DNA of 64,000 nt from Callorhinchus milii (Eukaryota). Of the stretch, positions 13,636 through 28,470 are shown one piece after another; position 1 is the stretch's first letter, and each line of letters begins with the position of its first letter. The notes below the pieces were generated by a model. It saw nothing but the letters and a program-made list of their open reading frames with translations, was not told where the DNA came from and did no database searches. The position numbers and the translations under genes are program-made. Location of the stretch: positions 58,778,001 through 58,842,000 of the forward strand of contig NW_024704743.1 of assembly GCF_018977255.1 (NCBI RefSeq), written 5' to 3'.

Positions 13636-13760
13636 TGCACACACGACAAAGGAAATGCATTAGCTATGTAGTTAAGTCTCGAAGCTCCCTCCAGCTCTTC
13701 CCTCCTAATCGCCTCTTACAGTGTCAGAGTCGCCGAGCAGCACACACACAGGGAGGGAGG
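13437..13760 (-). other. NXPH1: Probable non-coding exon 1 (5' UTR) of NXPH1; 5' boundary unknown and could extend to about 14.7 kb
   Basis: Strong minus-strand donor GGG|gtaagt at 13437/13436, 1.45 kb upstream of the exon 2 acceptor. NXPH1 has a non-coding first exon in mammals. TSS not determinable from sequence. Confidence 0.5.
13608..13644. repeat. (CA)n microsatellite; other simple repeats at about 10224-10244 (CT)n, 12490-12510 (GT)n, 14339-14360 (AG)n, 45973-45997 poly-G
   Basis: Direct reading. Confidence 0.9.
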
Positions 13761-15457
13761 GGGGAGTGGGGGGGGGGAGGGAGGGAGGGACACTGTCCCT
13801 TTGCTCCATGGTGGGGAAAGCGGGAGCACCAGGGTGAGCAATCACAGGCTGAAACTGGGCACTGCCAGGGGTTCATCGGCCGAGTGTGTCTTGACTCTTG
13901 ACCCAGTGAAGGGGAACTGACCAGGTATCAACCGGTTAAGTATCTGAACTGGACATGGCCACGTTTTATGGTTCAATTTCTCTTTTGATTCGGGTTGACA
14001 CTGTTTGAACATTAATGTTGCATGATATGCAGGACCCAGAGCATGATTCAAATCCAGGTTTGCTCTGGTGGGAAGGGGGTGGGGGCACACCATCTGGCTT
14101 CCTTTAGTCCCTAATACAGTACAGACAAACGTGATTGCCACAGACATCAACACACGTTGACTTTTTTTTTGAAGAAAACAACTGACAAATAAATGTTGAA
14201 ATCTCAGTGATTTTTGGGTTGAAGTGGAATAAACAGGTGGAATCAGCGGCATGAGTTAAAAGTTGCATTGGGTAACACAGAGAGGTGTTTCAGGAATAGT
14301 ATTCCTGTCGGGCTTCTTGCCTGGAGAGCTTACGAGAAAGAGAGAGAGAGAGAGAGAGAGAATTATATCACACAACAACTTCATATGTGAAGCTGCAACA
14401 CACATGAAGCTTCAATGTTAGGTGATTTGTTGTAAGCTGTGTGTGGTCTGCAGGGCAGTCAGTGGGAGTGATGCACAGTGTGTGCACAGCTTTGCCTAAC
14501 TCCAGATGTGAACTCGGGGCAAAGCATTAGAAAGTGCAGACATTGGGTTTGACTATGTCGGTTGCTGGAGTTTCTGTCTGGAAGTACAGAGGACGATTCG
14601 GCTCTTGGTGATTTTGCTCTTTTTAATTCCATCGTTTCAGTGTTTGGTTTGAGTGAGATGCCGAGCTGCAGTGGCCTTGGCAGCCGAGAGCAGCAACATA
14701 TGAAGATTTCAAAGTGCCACCAAGCGATTCCCGGCCAGGAATCTGCAAAAAAATAAGTCTCACACCTTCTGTCACCGTTAAAGCTCATTGGTGGTACGAG
14801 AATCCTAAAGAATAGGTTGTGAAATGAAATGCATATTATATATATATATACATGGATCCAGCTTGCTATTCTGGTGGGATCGGCACAATGATGACCAGAC
14901 TGTGTGGTTATTCTTTGTGATATCCTTCACACAAATGATCAGATATTTATTTCCCGGCTCTCATCGCTACAGAAACACACATTGCTGCAGCTGTACATCG
15001 CATTTCACCATCAAATTCCCCAAACTAATTCTGCACCTTTTCCCACCCTGCAGCACGATTTGCACAATAAAGTTTGCAATTCCGACCAAACCAGAGATGC
15101 ACACATGCATATCGGTTCCTAATCCATGCATATCGGTACGTGGAAATTCGGATTAACTCCTGTTCATAATGTAGATAAAACCTGGACAGGCAGGTGCACA
15201 TTCTACAGCACAGGGTATGCATTACACGGATACTTCCTCATTCATCCTCTGCGAATTAAACAAGTCCCGAGTCATTTGCTAAAAAAAGGTTAAAAAGTCC
15301 AGAGGGGCGACCGCAACCCGAGATTCCTGGCATTTGGAAATGATTTTACTGATTCCCTCCAACAACGCTGCCTCTTTGGGTTAAAGCTGCCAAACCAAGC
15401 CCACTCCCCATCTGCTAGTTACAACCGGCACCTGTGTACCTGCCCGGCACCGCCTAC

Positions 15458-16397
15458 AGCACTAACACCAGCAATAGCATTAACACTAACACCAGCACTA
15501 ACACCAGCACTAACACTAGCAATAGCATTAACACTAACACCAGCACTAACACTAGCAATAGCATTAACACTAATACCAGCACTAACACTAGCAATAGCAT
15601 TAACACTAACACCAGCACTAACACCAGCACTAACACTAGCAATAGCATTAACACTAACACCAGCACTAACACTAGCACTGACACTAACACTAGCACTAAC
15701 ATTAACACTAGCATTAACACTAACACACTAGCACTGACACTAACACACCAGCACTAATACTAACACACGAGCACTAAACATTAACACTAGCACTAATACT
15801 AACACACTAGCAATAACATTAACACACTAGCACTAACACTAGCACTAACACACTAGCACTAACACTAGCACTAACACACTAACACTAACACACTAGCACT
15901 AACACTAACACACTAGCACTAACACTAGCACTAACACACTAGCACTAACACACTAACACTAGCACTAACACACTAGCACTAACATTAGTACTAACACACT
16001 AGCACTAACACACTAGCACTAACGCTAACACACTAGCACTAACATTAACACTAGCACTAACACTAACACACTAGCACTAACACTAACGCACTAGCACTAG
16101 CACTAACACACTAGCACTAACACACTAGCACTAACACTAGCATTAACACACTAACACTAGCACTAACACTAGCATTAACACACTAACACTAGCACTAACA
16201 CTAGCACTAACACACTAGCACTAACACTAGCACTAACACACTAACACTAGCACTAACACACTAGCACTAGCACTAACACACTAGCACTAACGCTAGCGCT
16301 AACACACTAACATTAACACTAGCACTAAAACTAACACTAGCACTAACACACTAGCACTAACACACTAGCACTAACATTAATACCAGCACGAACACAC
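15458..16397 (+). repeat. Compound microsatellite (ACTAAC/ACTAGC/ACACTAGC)n
   Basis: Direct reading. It produces the spurious TNTS/VLVL ORFs. Confidence 0.97.
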
Positions 16398-16939
16398 CGC
16401 AAAGGCTATTGCGACTTTACATTGGGAAATAAAAGAGACATCAAAGGTTTCGCGCATCACCAACACATTGCCAGCTTTTTATAGATTTGGTGTATTTAGT
16501 ATTGGCGTTAGTCTAAAGTAGTCAGTTCTCTTGATTTATGTGAAGCTCAGTTCAAAGAATCTAGCAACAAAATAATCCTGAATTGCTGCTCAGCACCTGC
16601 AGCATTAGAAAGTGAATAGACAGCGATGAGTTACTCCAGCCAAGTGTCTCCTGCCAAGCCTCTTGCATACAGTAGATGTGTAAGTTAGTCTTAGAGTGCC
16701 TCTGTGTGGTTACAGACCGTATAACAGCAACGTAATGGAAGATCAATAAACCATCTGCGTTTCTAAACCGCCTTTCACCTGGAGGAACGTCTCTGAACGC
16801 TTTAGGAAGACTGATACCGAGCAGGAGAGATGGAGGAGGAGCAGGAGGAGGGATGCTTTTAACCTGCTTTTAAAGTTAGGTAGAAAGGGGTTAAGAAAGA
16901 GAATTCCAGAAGGAGGGCTGATGTATTTAATAATGGCGT

Positions 16940-17805
16940 TATTTCCCCCCCTGACATCATCTGCAGATATGGGATCAATTTCCACATGTATTCCAACGAC
17001 TCTATCTCTCTGCTTCCTCCACCTTCTATTCCATGACCACGGATTATCTGTCAGACATCAAGTTCTGGATGAGAGCTAACTTTCTCCTGTTGACAAGACT
17101 CCCTCCTGTGGAGCTCCTGTCAGCGCCTGGTCAAGTCAGGTGCTGAAGCATCATCATTCACAGATGCACTCTACACCTTACAGAACCAGTACTGAAACTT
17201 AGTGTACTGTTCAACCACCAACTGTAACTTAAACCATCTGGACCCAACCTTCCCTCAACTCTGCAACATTGCCCACCTCCATCACTGTCTCTCCCTTCAG
17301 GCCGTTGAGACCCTCATTCACGCATTCATCACATTCAGGTTTGACTACACTAACTCCGTCCCCGCGAGACTTCCCAACTCTTCCCTATACAAGCTGCAGA
17401 TTATTCAGAACTTTGTAGCTTGTGTCCTCGCCCACTCACAGAGCCTTGGTATTAACACATACCAAAGTGATTGCTCCCTCCACTCAGTGGGCACTGACCT
17501 GCTTCATGTCCCACGGGCTGCCCAACCCACCATTGGCAGTCGGGACTTAAGCTGTTCTGGTGCCACTCTCTGGAATTCCATCCTGTAATCTCTCTGCTTC
17601 ACCCCTCCCTTGACTCCTTCAAAGCCTGTCTAAAGACTTGCCTCTTTGATTGTGCTTTCGGCCACTCTCCAATCCTCCTATCCTCCACCTCTCTTGATTC
17701 CAACTCCGGCTCGGATGCAAACCTGTAACTGTCCATCACCTTGGGACGTCCTTGCATCTTGAAAGGCGCTATATACATGCCATTTTGTTGTTTATTGTTG
17801 TTGTT
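16940..17805 (+). mobile_element. Degenerate L2-clade LINE, 3' part (RT C-terminus and tail); flanked by minus-strand L2 pieces at about 16770-16920 and 17810-18130
   Basis: Translation AVETLIHAFITFRFDYTNS...LQIIQN is an L2 signature. Tail GAAAGGCGCTATATAC..(TTG)n. Confidence 0.85.
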
Positions 17806-20800
17806 GTAATGCCTGAAGGTTTCGCCACTGATGGTGGGGCAGAGAGGGTAGGGGCATGTAGATAGGCCGGAATTTGTTGAGGGGAGGGACTGAGCAGACT
17901 AATGAAGATCACAGAGATAAGGACCTGTGAGGACATGAAGGGATTTCTAATGGAGAGTGAGGATCAGCTGGGAAATAAGGATTCAGTGGAGCCTTATGAG
18001 CACAAGGGTGATGGAGATATGAAGTTTTACCTGGGTAAAGGTTTGCCCAGCAGAGATTTGAATGAGCTTGTGCTTGGGGATGGTGGAACTAGAAAGGCCA
18101 GTGAGGAGAGCATTTTAGCAGTCGAGTCTGGACATTGTAATATATATCGAGATGTTGGACCTTTAAAAGCATATCAACATTAACTGAAACAATTCTGCAG
18201 GTATTCTAAATGGTGAAAAAGTGGTGAGACATGTGATGTAATAATTATCACCGACCTTGCATACCACATTTTCACACGGAGCAATCACTAAATAACAATT
18301 AAATGTAAAACTGTGGATCAATTATTAAATTAACATTTAGTTGCAAAGTTTGCCCAGAGGAGGCATTAGGTTTTTTTGAGATTAATCATGAGCATGACCC
18401 ACATCCCATCCAGGCTGCCCCCTTCCAGTTTGCAACACTTTTTTTAAAAAAATTAACCCAACTCACATATAACAATAATCGTTGCTTTTTTTTTTGCATC
18501 TTTTTTTTCCCCGTCTAATAGATGTTCTTTCAATCTTCGACATTGTGTTGTAGTTTTTTTCTTAACAGATTTTTCAATGATAAGTGTTTGAATATTGAAA
18601 TTCTAAAACTGTGAATATGCCACAAAATGCATTTTTCAGCAAACGCATTCATTGCTTTTTTAAAATTCTACAAATACAAATTTCTTATTAAGAAATCTGA
18701 TGAGATATACAAAGGTGTATGCCTCAGTGTCCATTCTATTCCCCCCATTAAAAATAGTGGTGAAGGGTTTATTGTTGGTTTACAAAATCTCCAGCAACTC
18801 TGCATGGACTTGTACACTGAGTATATATTAAAAAAATGTTTTGGATTTTGGAAATAATGGAATTTTAAATCATAAGAAGGCAAGTAGTAGTAACAGGCTG
18901 TTTTTGTAAGTGTTTAAAGGAAGCTCAGAGTCTGGGTATAATGAATTCTTTAATCAAATGTAAAACTTATTCTCTACGATCTGCAATTTTGCTTCTCCTG
19001 ACCTGTTAAAAGGTCCAAAATGATGTAGATGATTACATTGACATGCATTCTTTATGCTCTCATCAGATGATCTCACAATGCTGGAGGTGATACACACTGG
19101 GTTTTGACACGTTTCATGAACATTGATAGCACCAAACGTCACAAATGAGGGTCATTGCACTTTCACAGTAAAATTTCAAGAGATAAACCAACTAGTGACT
19201 ATTCTCTTTGGGGTGGGGAGAGGGGGGGGGGGGGCTATCCTTGGAGCTAGACTGGCTCCAAAGTGGCATGTTTGACAACAGCATATCAGAATCGAGCCCA
19301 CCCTCTGTGGCGGTCTCAGTAGGCAAATTCCTGAGCCAGGCAAGTCCACAACACTCTCGGGCACTGCTGATGACAGCACAGCCAGCTGGCTCATTGGCAG
19401 GACTTGGAAGGGCAGATCAGTCGCTGAGGGCAGGAATTTTTCCCATTCAGCTCCTGTTAACCCTGCAAGCCAAAGCTTTAACAAGCAGCTGGTCTTTGGT
19501 GGACAAGCAGTGTGAAAGCTTGCCAGATAGTGCTTTCAAGCTATACGGTTTTAGTTAGTTAGACTCCAGCAGTACATTAGGTTCCCCATCCTTAGTTTTT
19601 GACAACCTGCACCTAATACTCTCCAGAATTAAGTGGAAAGCAGGGAGCATCCTTCTAGGGAGAGAGTGTGCATATTCCACATGAATTTCCATGTGTGGAT
19701 GGCATGCATGGAACTCTTAAGCATGGTGATGGGTTTCTCTATGTGAAGCACACCTAGTTGACCACAAAATAAACCGAACACCCATTTGAGCAAACAAAAA
19801 TTCAAGAGAGAGACAATCTAGCTCAATGGCATTAAAGATTTGATAAAGTTAATCTCTCTGCCCATCTGCAGCATTTAACTGATTTAAAATGTAGCTGTGA
19901 ATTAAATAAATTGCAGAACAGGCTTGAACAGTCCATTCCTTTTCCTATCATTTTTAGTAACCAGGGCGAGAACTGGCATCATTATAACACTGCAGGTTCT
20001 CAGACTTAATCATCCTCCATTGCTAGAAATTTGACTTCTAACCAATCTCAGAGGAAACTGATTTTCTGATTGCTTATTTAATTAAACTTTCAATAAAACC
20101 AAATATAATATTTCTCAAATGTAACCTCTTGCTAATAAGTCTTTAGATTCAAAATTTCAAAATGTAAATTTACTGTATTGCACCTAACAGGATTTTGAGT
20201 TCGAGAACGGTTAAAATCCAATAACATTAATGAAATTAATACCATATTACAACCGTAAGTTTCATTATGGCTATCCATGGTTCTTGGAAGAGGCATCAGA
20301 TGTCTACTCAAAAACTTCTCAACCCAAGTGCCGATACAGTTGATGACAGCTTTCCCCTTGAGAATGCAGACATTTCTTCAAAATTAAATTATCGTGGTCA
20401 CAGATGAGGGGCTTTGAACTACCGTTCATTCAAATGTCCCAAGAAACGGAGAATCTCACTTATTTCTGGAATAGGTAATAGGCCCTTGTCCCATCCAAAC
20501 ACAAATCAGTTCTACCACCTTCACTGGCATTTAGCAATAATTGCGAAAAAGATAAATGGTTGCCTGTTGCTATACAGTATTGAACTCCAAAAAGACCATC
20601 AAACACATAAAAAATAGATTTTCTTGGACAATATGTATGTTTGTGTGTATGTGGTGTGGTGTGTACTTTGAACTTTAAAAGGCACTTTTAACTTGGTGCT
20701 GAACCATACAGAACAAACCGTGATTAACCTGTTAAGCTCCAAATCAAAAGCACCATTGCACATCTCTTATTTAAAAAGAACAAGGTGAATACTTATGCTT

Positions 20801-23800
20801 TTCTGAAGCATGTTAATTCTTCTACAATGTGGATAGTAACAACAGACCACAACAAATTGCAATGAGAATTTTTATGCAGTACCTAGTTGGCGTGTCCATG
20901 GAACAATCTTGATGTTAAGCTATAGCCAAGGGAATAATGTGAAATAGATGTGGTGCAGGCTTATAATTCAGAACAATTTTGAGAACTTTATTTATTTTAA
21001 GGTATGCACACAAGGCACACAATTTCAATAAGTAGATCCTTACCTCTTAAGAACTAAAATTGCAGCTTTGTTACACTCTCCATTTTAGTAGTGTACATTT
21101 CTAGATCAGAAATGAATCCTCTACATTTGATATATTTTGTATACATCTGCATATAGTCTGCTACATTTTCAAAAGATGGAAATATTATGACTTTTTTTTA
21201 AATTTACTGAAAATAAGTATATTTATAACTTAAACTTATGTAGCATTTTATCATTGGATGAATGTCTGATAGTGTTGATCGAAGTTATGGTTAAAGAGAT
21301 ACATTTTTAGAGGGTTGGGAAAGCAGGGAATCTTGAGAGGGAGAGTTAGTTCCAGAGAACATGGAATAGCGACTGAAGGCTTGGTCACCAATTGTAAGAT
21401 AGAAAGAGTGAGGGATGAGCAATTCTCTAGAATTGGAGGATCAGAGGATATGGGCAGGAAAATAGGACTGGAGAAAACTATGCAAGAAGGAATTCAAGGC
21501 TGTGAAGGGATATGATATAATACTGTAAAAGTCCATGTTCTTCCTTTTGTTCTTTCTATTTGCTGCAGTTAACATTTTACGTCTCATTAAAACTAGAGAC
21601 CAATTCACCATAGAGTAATTGATTGGTCACACCTAAATAAGAGTTGCCCTTGTTATACCACAAATAAGAGAGAATGCTTATATAGCATAGAAAATATTTA
21701 ATTTCTGACTGTCACACGGTAATAGAAATCTAAACTTTTAATGATAAAATACATTTTATTTCCACAATAAATTGTTCTCCTCATAACTTTACATTTTTCT
21801 GAATCTAATAGTTGCTGATGTTGGGCCATTTCACATGTCATTGAACTTCCATTTAGTGTCTTAAACAATTGCTGTAAGGGTTTGGTCCCTATTTACAGCT
21901 CTTTTCTTCACCATTTGTTCTGCTTTCTAGTTTGGTATCATCTGAAAACCTGGAGATTTTGCATTAGAGAAGGAAGTTTCTCTTGATGTGATGGCCAACA
22001 ATCCCCCAGATAAAATTGATCATTCACTTCATGCTGTTTGTGGAACATTGCTATGCACAAATTGGCTGCTGTTTTCGCCCAAACACACAATCACTCCACT
22101 TTACAGTATATCCTATGCAGCATTTTGAGACATCCTCCTGACATGAAAGGCGTTATATCAAGTGTAAGGATTATTTTATTATTATTTGACATCTCTCTCC
22201 AATTCATTTAAATTATTGATCTTTTGCTGCTTCATTTGTTTCCTGTTCAAATTGTAAATAATTTTAACTTTTTTTAGCCTAGGATACAAAATCCTTTAGG
22301 TGTCAGCCTGCCCTATGTGAGTTCAAAGTCCCGATGTGGAGTTTGAACCCACAACCTTCTGAATCAAAGGCAGGAGTGCTACCAACTGAGCTAGGCTGAC
22401 TCCTAAAGACTTTATGATTACTCATAAATGACTATGTTCCATGAAATCCATTGGCAAAGTAAATGAAGCATTTATAAATAGCCTGGACAAAAAAAAAATT
22501 GTAATACTCCAAATGTCATCTACAGATTTCTGGACAAAATATTTATTGAAAGCAAAACAAACATTCATCTCACTATGTTGAAGACCAAAAGATATTACAT
22601 ATGCATTTTAATATACTGTGGATTTTTATCACAAAAGTACCAGAAACAAATCCAAATTAAATTTTGTTAACTTTGTTTAAATACGATGGAGAACATCAAA
22701 GTGGTTGGCACATCACAAGTTGATCTGTGAACTTCCTCCCACCATGCTGATTGCAGTCGTCCATCAGATAGCTGATGAGGAAACTCTGAGGCATTACTCC
22801 TGCATTAAGGATGGAAACGTGATATATTTATTGATTCTTACATTTTTCCAATATATTCAGTGATTTCCAACATTTCCTGAGGGAAAGGTGTACAAGAAGT
22901 GACATGGCCAGTCTTTTCAGGTATCCATTCTACAATACTAGGTCTTCACTTGGTCTAAAATTTGTAACTAGGATAGTCTGTTGACATGAACTGTTATTTG
23001 TATTGAGATGGGGGAGGGGAGTGCAGGAACAGTCCTGTGGATTTCTTGTGAGGAAACAGAGGCCAATATATTGGCTGTTATCCCATATTTCCAGTAATTA
23101 GTACAGCACCATGACATCTTTATCCTCCAACAAAATAATTCAATAGGACCTCATTAGTGATTCTTCTGAAGGCCACCAATGGAAACCAAGTTAAAAGAGT
23201 TGTCAATGACTCAGCTGCTCAGACTGTTCAGTGAAGCTAGCAATAGCCATTAATGTTCTGGCTACTGGGACTTGACAGGCACCAGGGGTGATTTTTCAAG
23301 CATTATGTAAGGCACCATCTCCACCTGTTCTCCAGAAAGGACTGATGTGCTGTTGTAAAACAACTGTAGATACATTAATTTCCACAAGAGTGCAGCAAAC
23401 AGTTGGAGAGACATGAACAATCTTCTGCCATTGCTTTCTTCCCCAGAGTGTTGGATATGATAAACTGTACATAAATAAAGAAACACCCCACCATGAAGTC
23501 CAACAATGTGTATCAATCATAATGGATTTAATACTCTCAACATGAAAATTGCCCTGATCACTAGAGAAAGGGTTCTCGTGGTGAAGGCAAAATATAAAGC
23601 ATCAACGTATCCAGTTACATGTCGGGGCATTTGCATGAAGTTACTGACTGCAACGGTGACTGATAGAGGAAACCACAGCTACGGTGAAACAATTTCAAAA
23701 GCAGAGCATATGAAAAATCACGTACCAAAGGCACCCTGATCAATTACTGTGTCAAGCCCCACTTTGAAATCATAGCCGAGGCTGACACTCCAGTTCAGTG

Positions 23801-24249
23801 CTGGAGAGTTCTGCAATGCTGGAGGTGCCTTCAGATAAGATGTTAAATCCAGGTCCTGTCTGCCTGTTCAAGTGGACATTAAAGATTCTAGATACTATTC
23901 AAAATAAGGAGGAAGTTTTGCCTAGTGTCCTAGCCAAAAATCCCCCGGATAAAATTAATGTTATTATATTTTGCAGTAATTCCTGTGAATCACTTTGAGA
24001 TGTCTCAATGATATGATAAGAATTGCAAGAATTATCATTCTGTTACACAGGTAATGCTCAGTGTTCTCGAGCAGCAATTTTGGTGTCCAGATTGCTCCAG
24101 TATACTCTGGATAATTCATCACTCCAAAGGTAAGGATCCATGGCGAATTATCCGATGTGACGAGTTAGCTGTTGGTCCTCACCTTATGCTCCCAGGCGAT
24201 GCATCTGAACATGTGAGCCCACCCAACATGGCTGGGAGGCCCTCCATGA

Positions 24250-24555
24250 GATCAGAGGCCTCTGTGATGCAAGACAACATCTTATAGAATGATTTATCTG
24301 ATCAATTTTACATTGTGAGTATTTACAAGAATTTCTACAATGAGTTACATGTTAAGCCAAGTGACAAGTAAAGCAATGGCCCTTATTATTATTTTACATG
24401 GGAAACGGTCAGGATATGACAACATGATAATTGAAATGATAGTTATGTGTCAGGGTCAAGTTATCCAGACTTTATTGTATGTCTGCAGATGAACAAGGAA
24501 CCCTATAATCTGTGCCAGAGGATGAAAAGGATTCTGCAAAATTTCAGTTGCTCCC
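24250..24555 (+). repeat. Second unclassified interspersed repeat (fragments also at about 55190-55400 and 62598-62676)
   Basis: Shared TTATCTGATCAATTTTACATTG and CAGATGAACAA.GAA.CCTATAATCTGTGCCAGA.GATGAAA. Confidence 0.75.
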
Positions 24556-25224
24556 ATTTTTAGTCAAAAGAATCTGCTTGGTCAATGTAATTGCAATCAT
24601 TGTCTAGTCCTGTCCATTTCTGCCTCAACCACTGCAATTACCTACTTTAATCTCAGTGAAAAATTACTCACTATTCAATCAATTCTGAAAAGGACATTTA
24701 ACCTTATATGTGTTAATCTGAAGCAGGCACCTGCTTCCAGAAGCCACTACAAACATCCTCAATCTCATGAAAGAACTATCATATGGGTAATTGAACAAAC
24801 ATAAATGACACTATGCTGATGCACTACCTCATCCACTCCCTATTCAATTTAGTTGATGCATTTATCTTTTGTTCCCACAGGCAGCTCAGAAACATATATT
24901 ATCCTCCAGCTGATATAGGTAACGTTCAGGAGTGGCGGAGCCAGGTTTTGCAGTGGGAACTGGGGGGTGGAGGGAGTTGCGGTAGGCGATAGGTTACAGT
25001 CGTCACTACCTCCTCACGAGCCCCACTGTAGCAAACTATGCATTTTGCACTTGTTGTGACTATCTTCTAATAACTATGGCTTTGAGCCTAACCTCAATAG
25101 GTATTTGATTCAAAGCATTCTATGTTCTAATAAAACTCTTCACGGAAATGTTTCTTCCTTCCAACCTTCCCCTCAACATTTCTAGTAGCAACTCTGATAT
25201 TATGCCCCATTCTTACTTATTTAC

Positions 25225-25690
25225 CAACAACAACTTGCATTTATAGAGCGCCCTTCATGCAGGGTAGCATCTCGTAGCGCTTAAGAGTAGTGGAGCATGA
25301 TGCCGAGCCAGTGGGAGGGAAGGTGACCAAGCACAATTGAAGTGATCTGAAAATGGGGAAGAAGGAGCCAAGGCAAAGGAATTGAGGCAGAGAGTTCCAA
25401 AGCTTCAGGGCATTGTGGCTGGGAGCACAGCTTCTGATAGTGGATGAAGGGACAAGGGACAAGCAGGAGTCTGGAGCCAGCCGAGCAGAGGCATTGGGTG
25501 TAGAGTGGGGAGTAAGCAGGTCAGAAAGGTACGCAGGTGCCACAGGGTGAAGGGATTTGTAGACAAGTGTGAGGATCTTGCAGTCAATCCATTCTGTGAT
25601 AGGGAGCCAGTGACTGGTGTGATGGGGGTATGGAGTTTAGAACGGATGAGTACTCAGGCAGCGGAGTTTTGTATTAGTTGGATCAAGCAG
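25225..25690 (-). mobile_element. L2-clade LINE 3' fragment (others at about 29650-30050 -, 51380-51760 -, 61380-61590 +)
   Basis: APAYLSDLL..P and LWNSLP motifs plus CAACAACTTGCATTTATAGAGCG tail. Confidence 0.8.
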
Positions 25691-27039
25691 CAGGAATACT
25701 CGTTCAGTGTCCTTTCAAGATCTTTTAGAATTTTGAAAGCCTCTCTTAGTTCCAAGCTTTTCTTAGGTAATTTGATAGAGCGTTGCACTTGGAACAAAAA
25801 TATTTTTCAGCAGTTGCCTGCAGTGTGTTCAATTGGAAATAGACCCAATCATTCAAGCCTTCAAGCCTATCATCATAACACACCCGCCGGTGTTATCCTA
25901 CCTGCACTTTACTATATCCATGACTCTGATGTCTTTTCCATTAAGGGATGCCCAAGTTGGACACAGTGATCCAACTGCTGCCTAACCAATGTCTTATATC
26001 ATAAATATTATTTCCTTGCTTCTACCAACTGTTTCAGCTATGTGGTGGTAGGTGGTCTACTTTCAGAGTGATCTGTTTGATACAGAAAAGGATCTAACTC
26101 CCTCAGTACTTTGTATTTGTGCTCTTGCGGTGATTTGCCACTTGAGCGTATGGTGTAAATTTTTTACAAGGTGCTTTTGTGTACAAATGTCTTAAGGTGC
26201 TTGTCAAAAGAAGCTTTCCTTGGATGATCTAATAGAGTGTTACACTTGGGATATAAAAAATATTTTTAAGCATTAGCCTGGAAGATCCCAGATTTATATT
26301 GAAGAGGCTGGTCAATAGATGTCACCTTAGATCTGCAGGACAGTTTGCTGTTTGACATTGTAACATCCTCAGGGGTCAAAATGTTGATCATAAATCAGTG
26401 TGGAAGTCTTTCACATATAGATAGTGCCAACCCAGTTACTGCTGCATGATCCTCACAGACAGACCACTTACTGTACTGTTGAATGATACTCACTGGATAA
26501 ACAATACAGGCGTCCAATTATGACTGATTGACACTCACAGGCTGTCTAGTTACTACAGAACAACACTCACTGGCCGACCAGTTACTGCTGAACAATAGGC
26601 TGAACAGCAGAATTTCAAATCCAACATAATTCTCTGCTGGTGAAGCCTTCAAGAACTCTGAGAAGCTACCCTGCATGAAGGGTACCATATAAATGCAAGT
26701 TGCTGTTGTTTTTATAAGAGACAAACGCTTTTTTTTAGAGATTCAGGGTGGCAAGACTAAAAGACATTTACGTGTTCATAGGATGGTTATGCGAAAGGAT
26801 TTGTTCAATATGTATAGGCATTCTGAGAGTAATTGAGTAAGCATTTGCCACCACATAAAGCAACAAATATATTTGGAACAGTTTCTCACCTAATGCTTTT
26901 ATCTTCTCCTAAGAAAAGTACAGTGTGTATTGATCTGTTCTTTTGAAAGATTAATATTACTCAAGGCACAATTAACTATCTGCCTGGTTAGATAAAGCCC
27001 ACACGAAGGTAATAAATTTTAATATGGATGCCCACAAGA

Positions 27040-27495
27040 TGAAGTGCAACTGTGATCTTCTCAATTTACTCCATGGGAGGGATAGAACTTGCCAAGGGGA
27101 AAGCTGAAGGAGATCTGGGGTGTTAGTTGACTCATCACTCAATGTGTGAAGACGGCAATAAGCAAGTCAAACATGATGCTGGGTTATATTCTGTAATTAG
27201 TTGAGTTCAGATTCTAAGAAGTCATATTCAAGCTATATAGTGCTCTGGTCACACTGCATGTAGAATACCACATGCAGTTCTGGTCACCTCAACATAAGGG
27301 AGCCGCCCAGGCCCTAGAGGCAGTGCAGAAGACAGCAATGAGAATTATCTCCAGTGTTAGAGGAATGAGCTATGAACAGAAATTAGAAAAGCTAGACTCT
27401 TCAGTCTTGAAAGCAGATGTCTCAGAGAGAACATTATAGTAGTGTATAATATTTTAAATGAGATTGAGACACAAAATCCAAACCAATACTTTCAG
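27040..27495 (+). mobile_element. CR1-clade LINE ORF2 3' fragment (others at about 25700-26030 -, 29365-30282 +, 48705-48830 -, 50080-50380 +, 53540-54240 -)
   Basis: Translations DLGVLVDSSL, LYSALVTLHVEYHMQFWSPQ, LEAVQKTAMRII, MSYEQKLEKL are CR1 signatures. Confidence 0.85.
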
Positions 27496-28470
27496 AATAA
27501 TCTCCACAAAACTCCATTCTTTAATTTGCTGCCACATTCGCACACAAATACAGAATCACTCCACTTCACATTAATTGTTGTGTAGCTCTTTGGGATGTTC
27601 TCCCAACTTGAAAGGCACCATAACAAATGCAAGGATTCTCATTTATTAAGACAATTTAGGGTAATTACCTGATAAGAGTAAAACCAGGACAGAATCACAA
27701 ACAATAAGCAACCTTATTGGTTTGGATGCTCTGGTAGTAAATGTATAGCGATAAACAGTAAGTTGTGTTATTAACCAGTGTTGTCAGCCACTGAATATGT
27801 CAATGTATTCATGCTCACTATCCAGTCGATTTCATTGGATTCTGAATACAGCCGTAAGTAGCTGTACCAATGAGAATTCAGTTTTATTATTAATAATAAT
27901 AATTCTTGCATTTGGTATAGCACTTTCACATCAGAAGGATATCTCAATGTGATTCACTGAAAAATGTAGTGATTGTGTACAGCATTTTGTAGGCAAATGT
28001 AGCAACAATTTGGTAAAGGATACAAAATGGCAGAGAAGCCACACAAAGACACGTTAGAGTTGAAAGTGCAGCATTCGCAAAACTGGAAGATATTTTGTTA
28101 ATTGGGACATGCATTCTGCAACAGAAATTGTGAGATTTGTTATCAGATTCATTAAACATTGTGATGGTCAGCAGAGTTAATTAGGACATCTTCCTATTCT
28201 GGTACCTTATACACACAGTAAGTTTTTTTTCCAAATTCATGGGGTGATATTTTGTGATTCTTTTCAGTGAAAATGGACCTCAATAACATCAGGTTAGACA
28301 TAGCTGAGGGTCAGGATTCAAGATGACGGCCTGTGACAGCTGGCAGCCTGTCAGAGCAACGTAGCAAGCTGTGCCTGATTGACAGGTAAGGTTATACTGG
28401 TGATAAGTAAGGAATGTATCTGTGATGCTTCACAACACATTTCTTGTGATATAAGGAGTTATTAACTGGC

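Noticed and set aside
15445..15465. REST/RE1 site upstream of NXPH1
   Set aside because: CGGCACCGCCTACAGC lacks the critical GG of GGACAGC. No convincing RE1 was seen.
15434..15757. TNTS-rich and VL-rich ORFs
   Set aside because: Translations of the ACTAAC microsatellite.
22765..22790. CTGATGAGGAAAC as a hammerhead core
   Set aside because: No stem II, and the region aligns to the LINE coding fragment at about 36440-36475, which lacks the motif.
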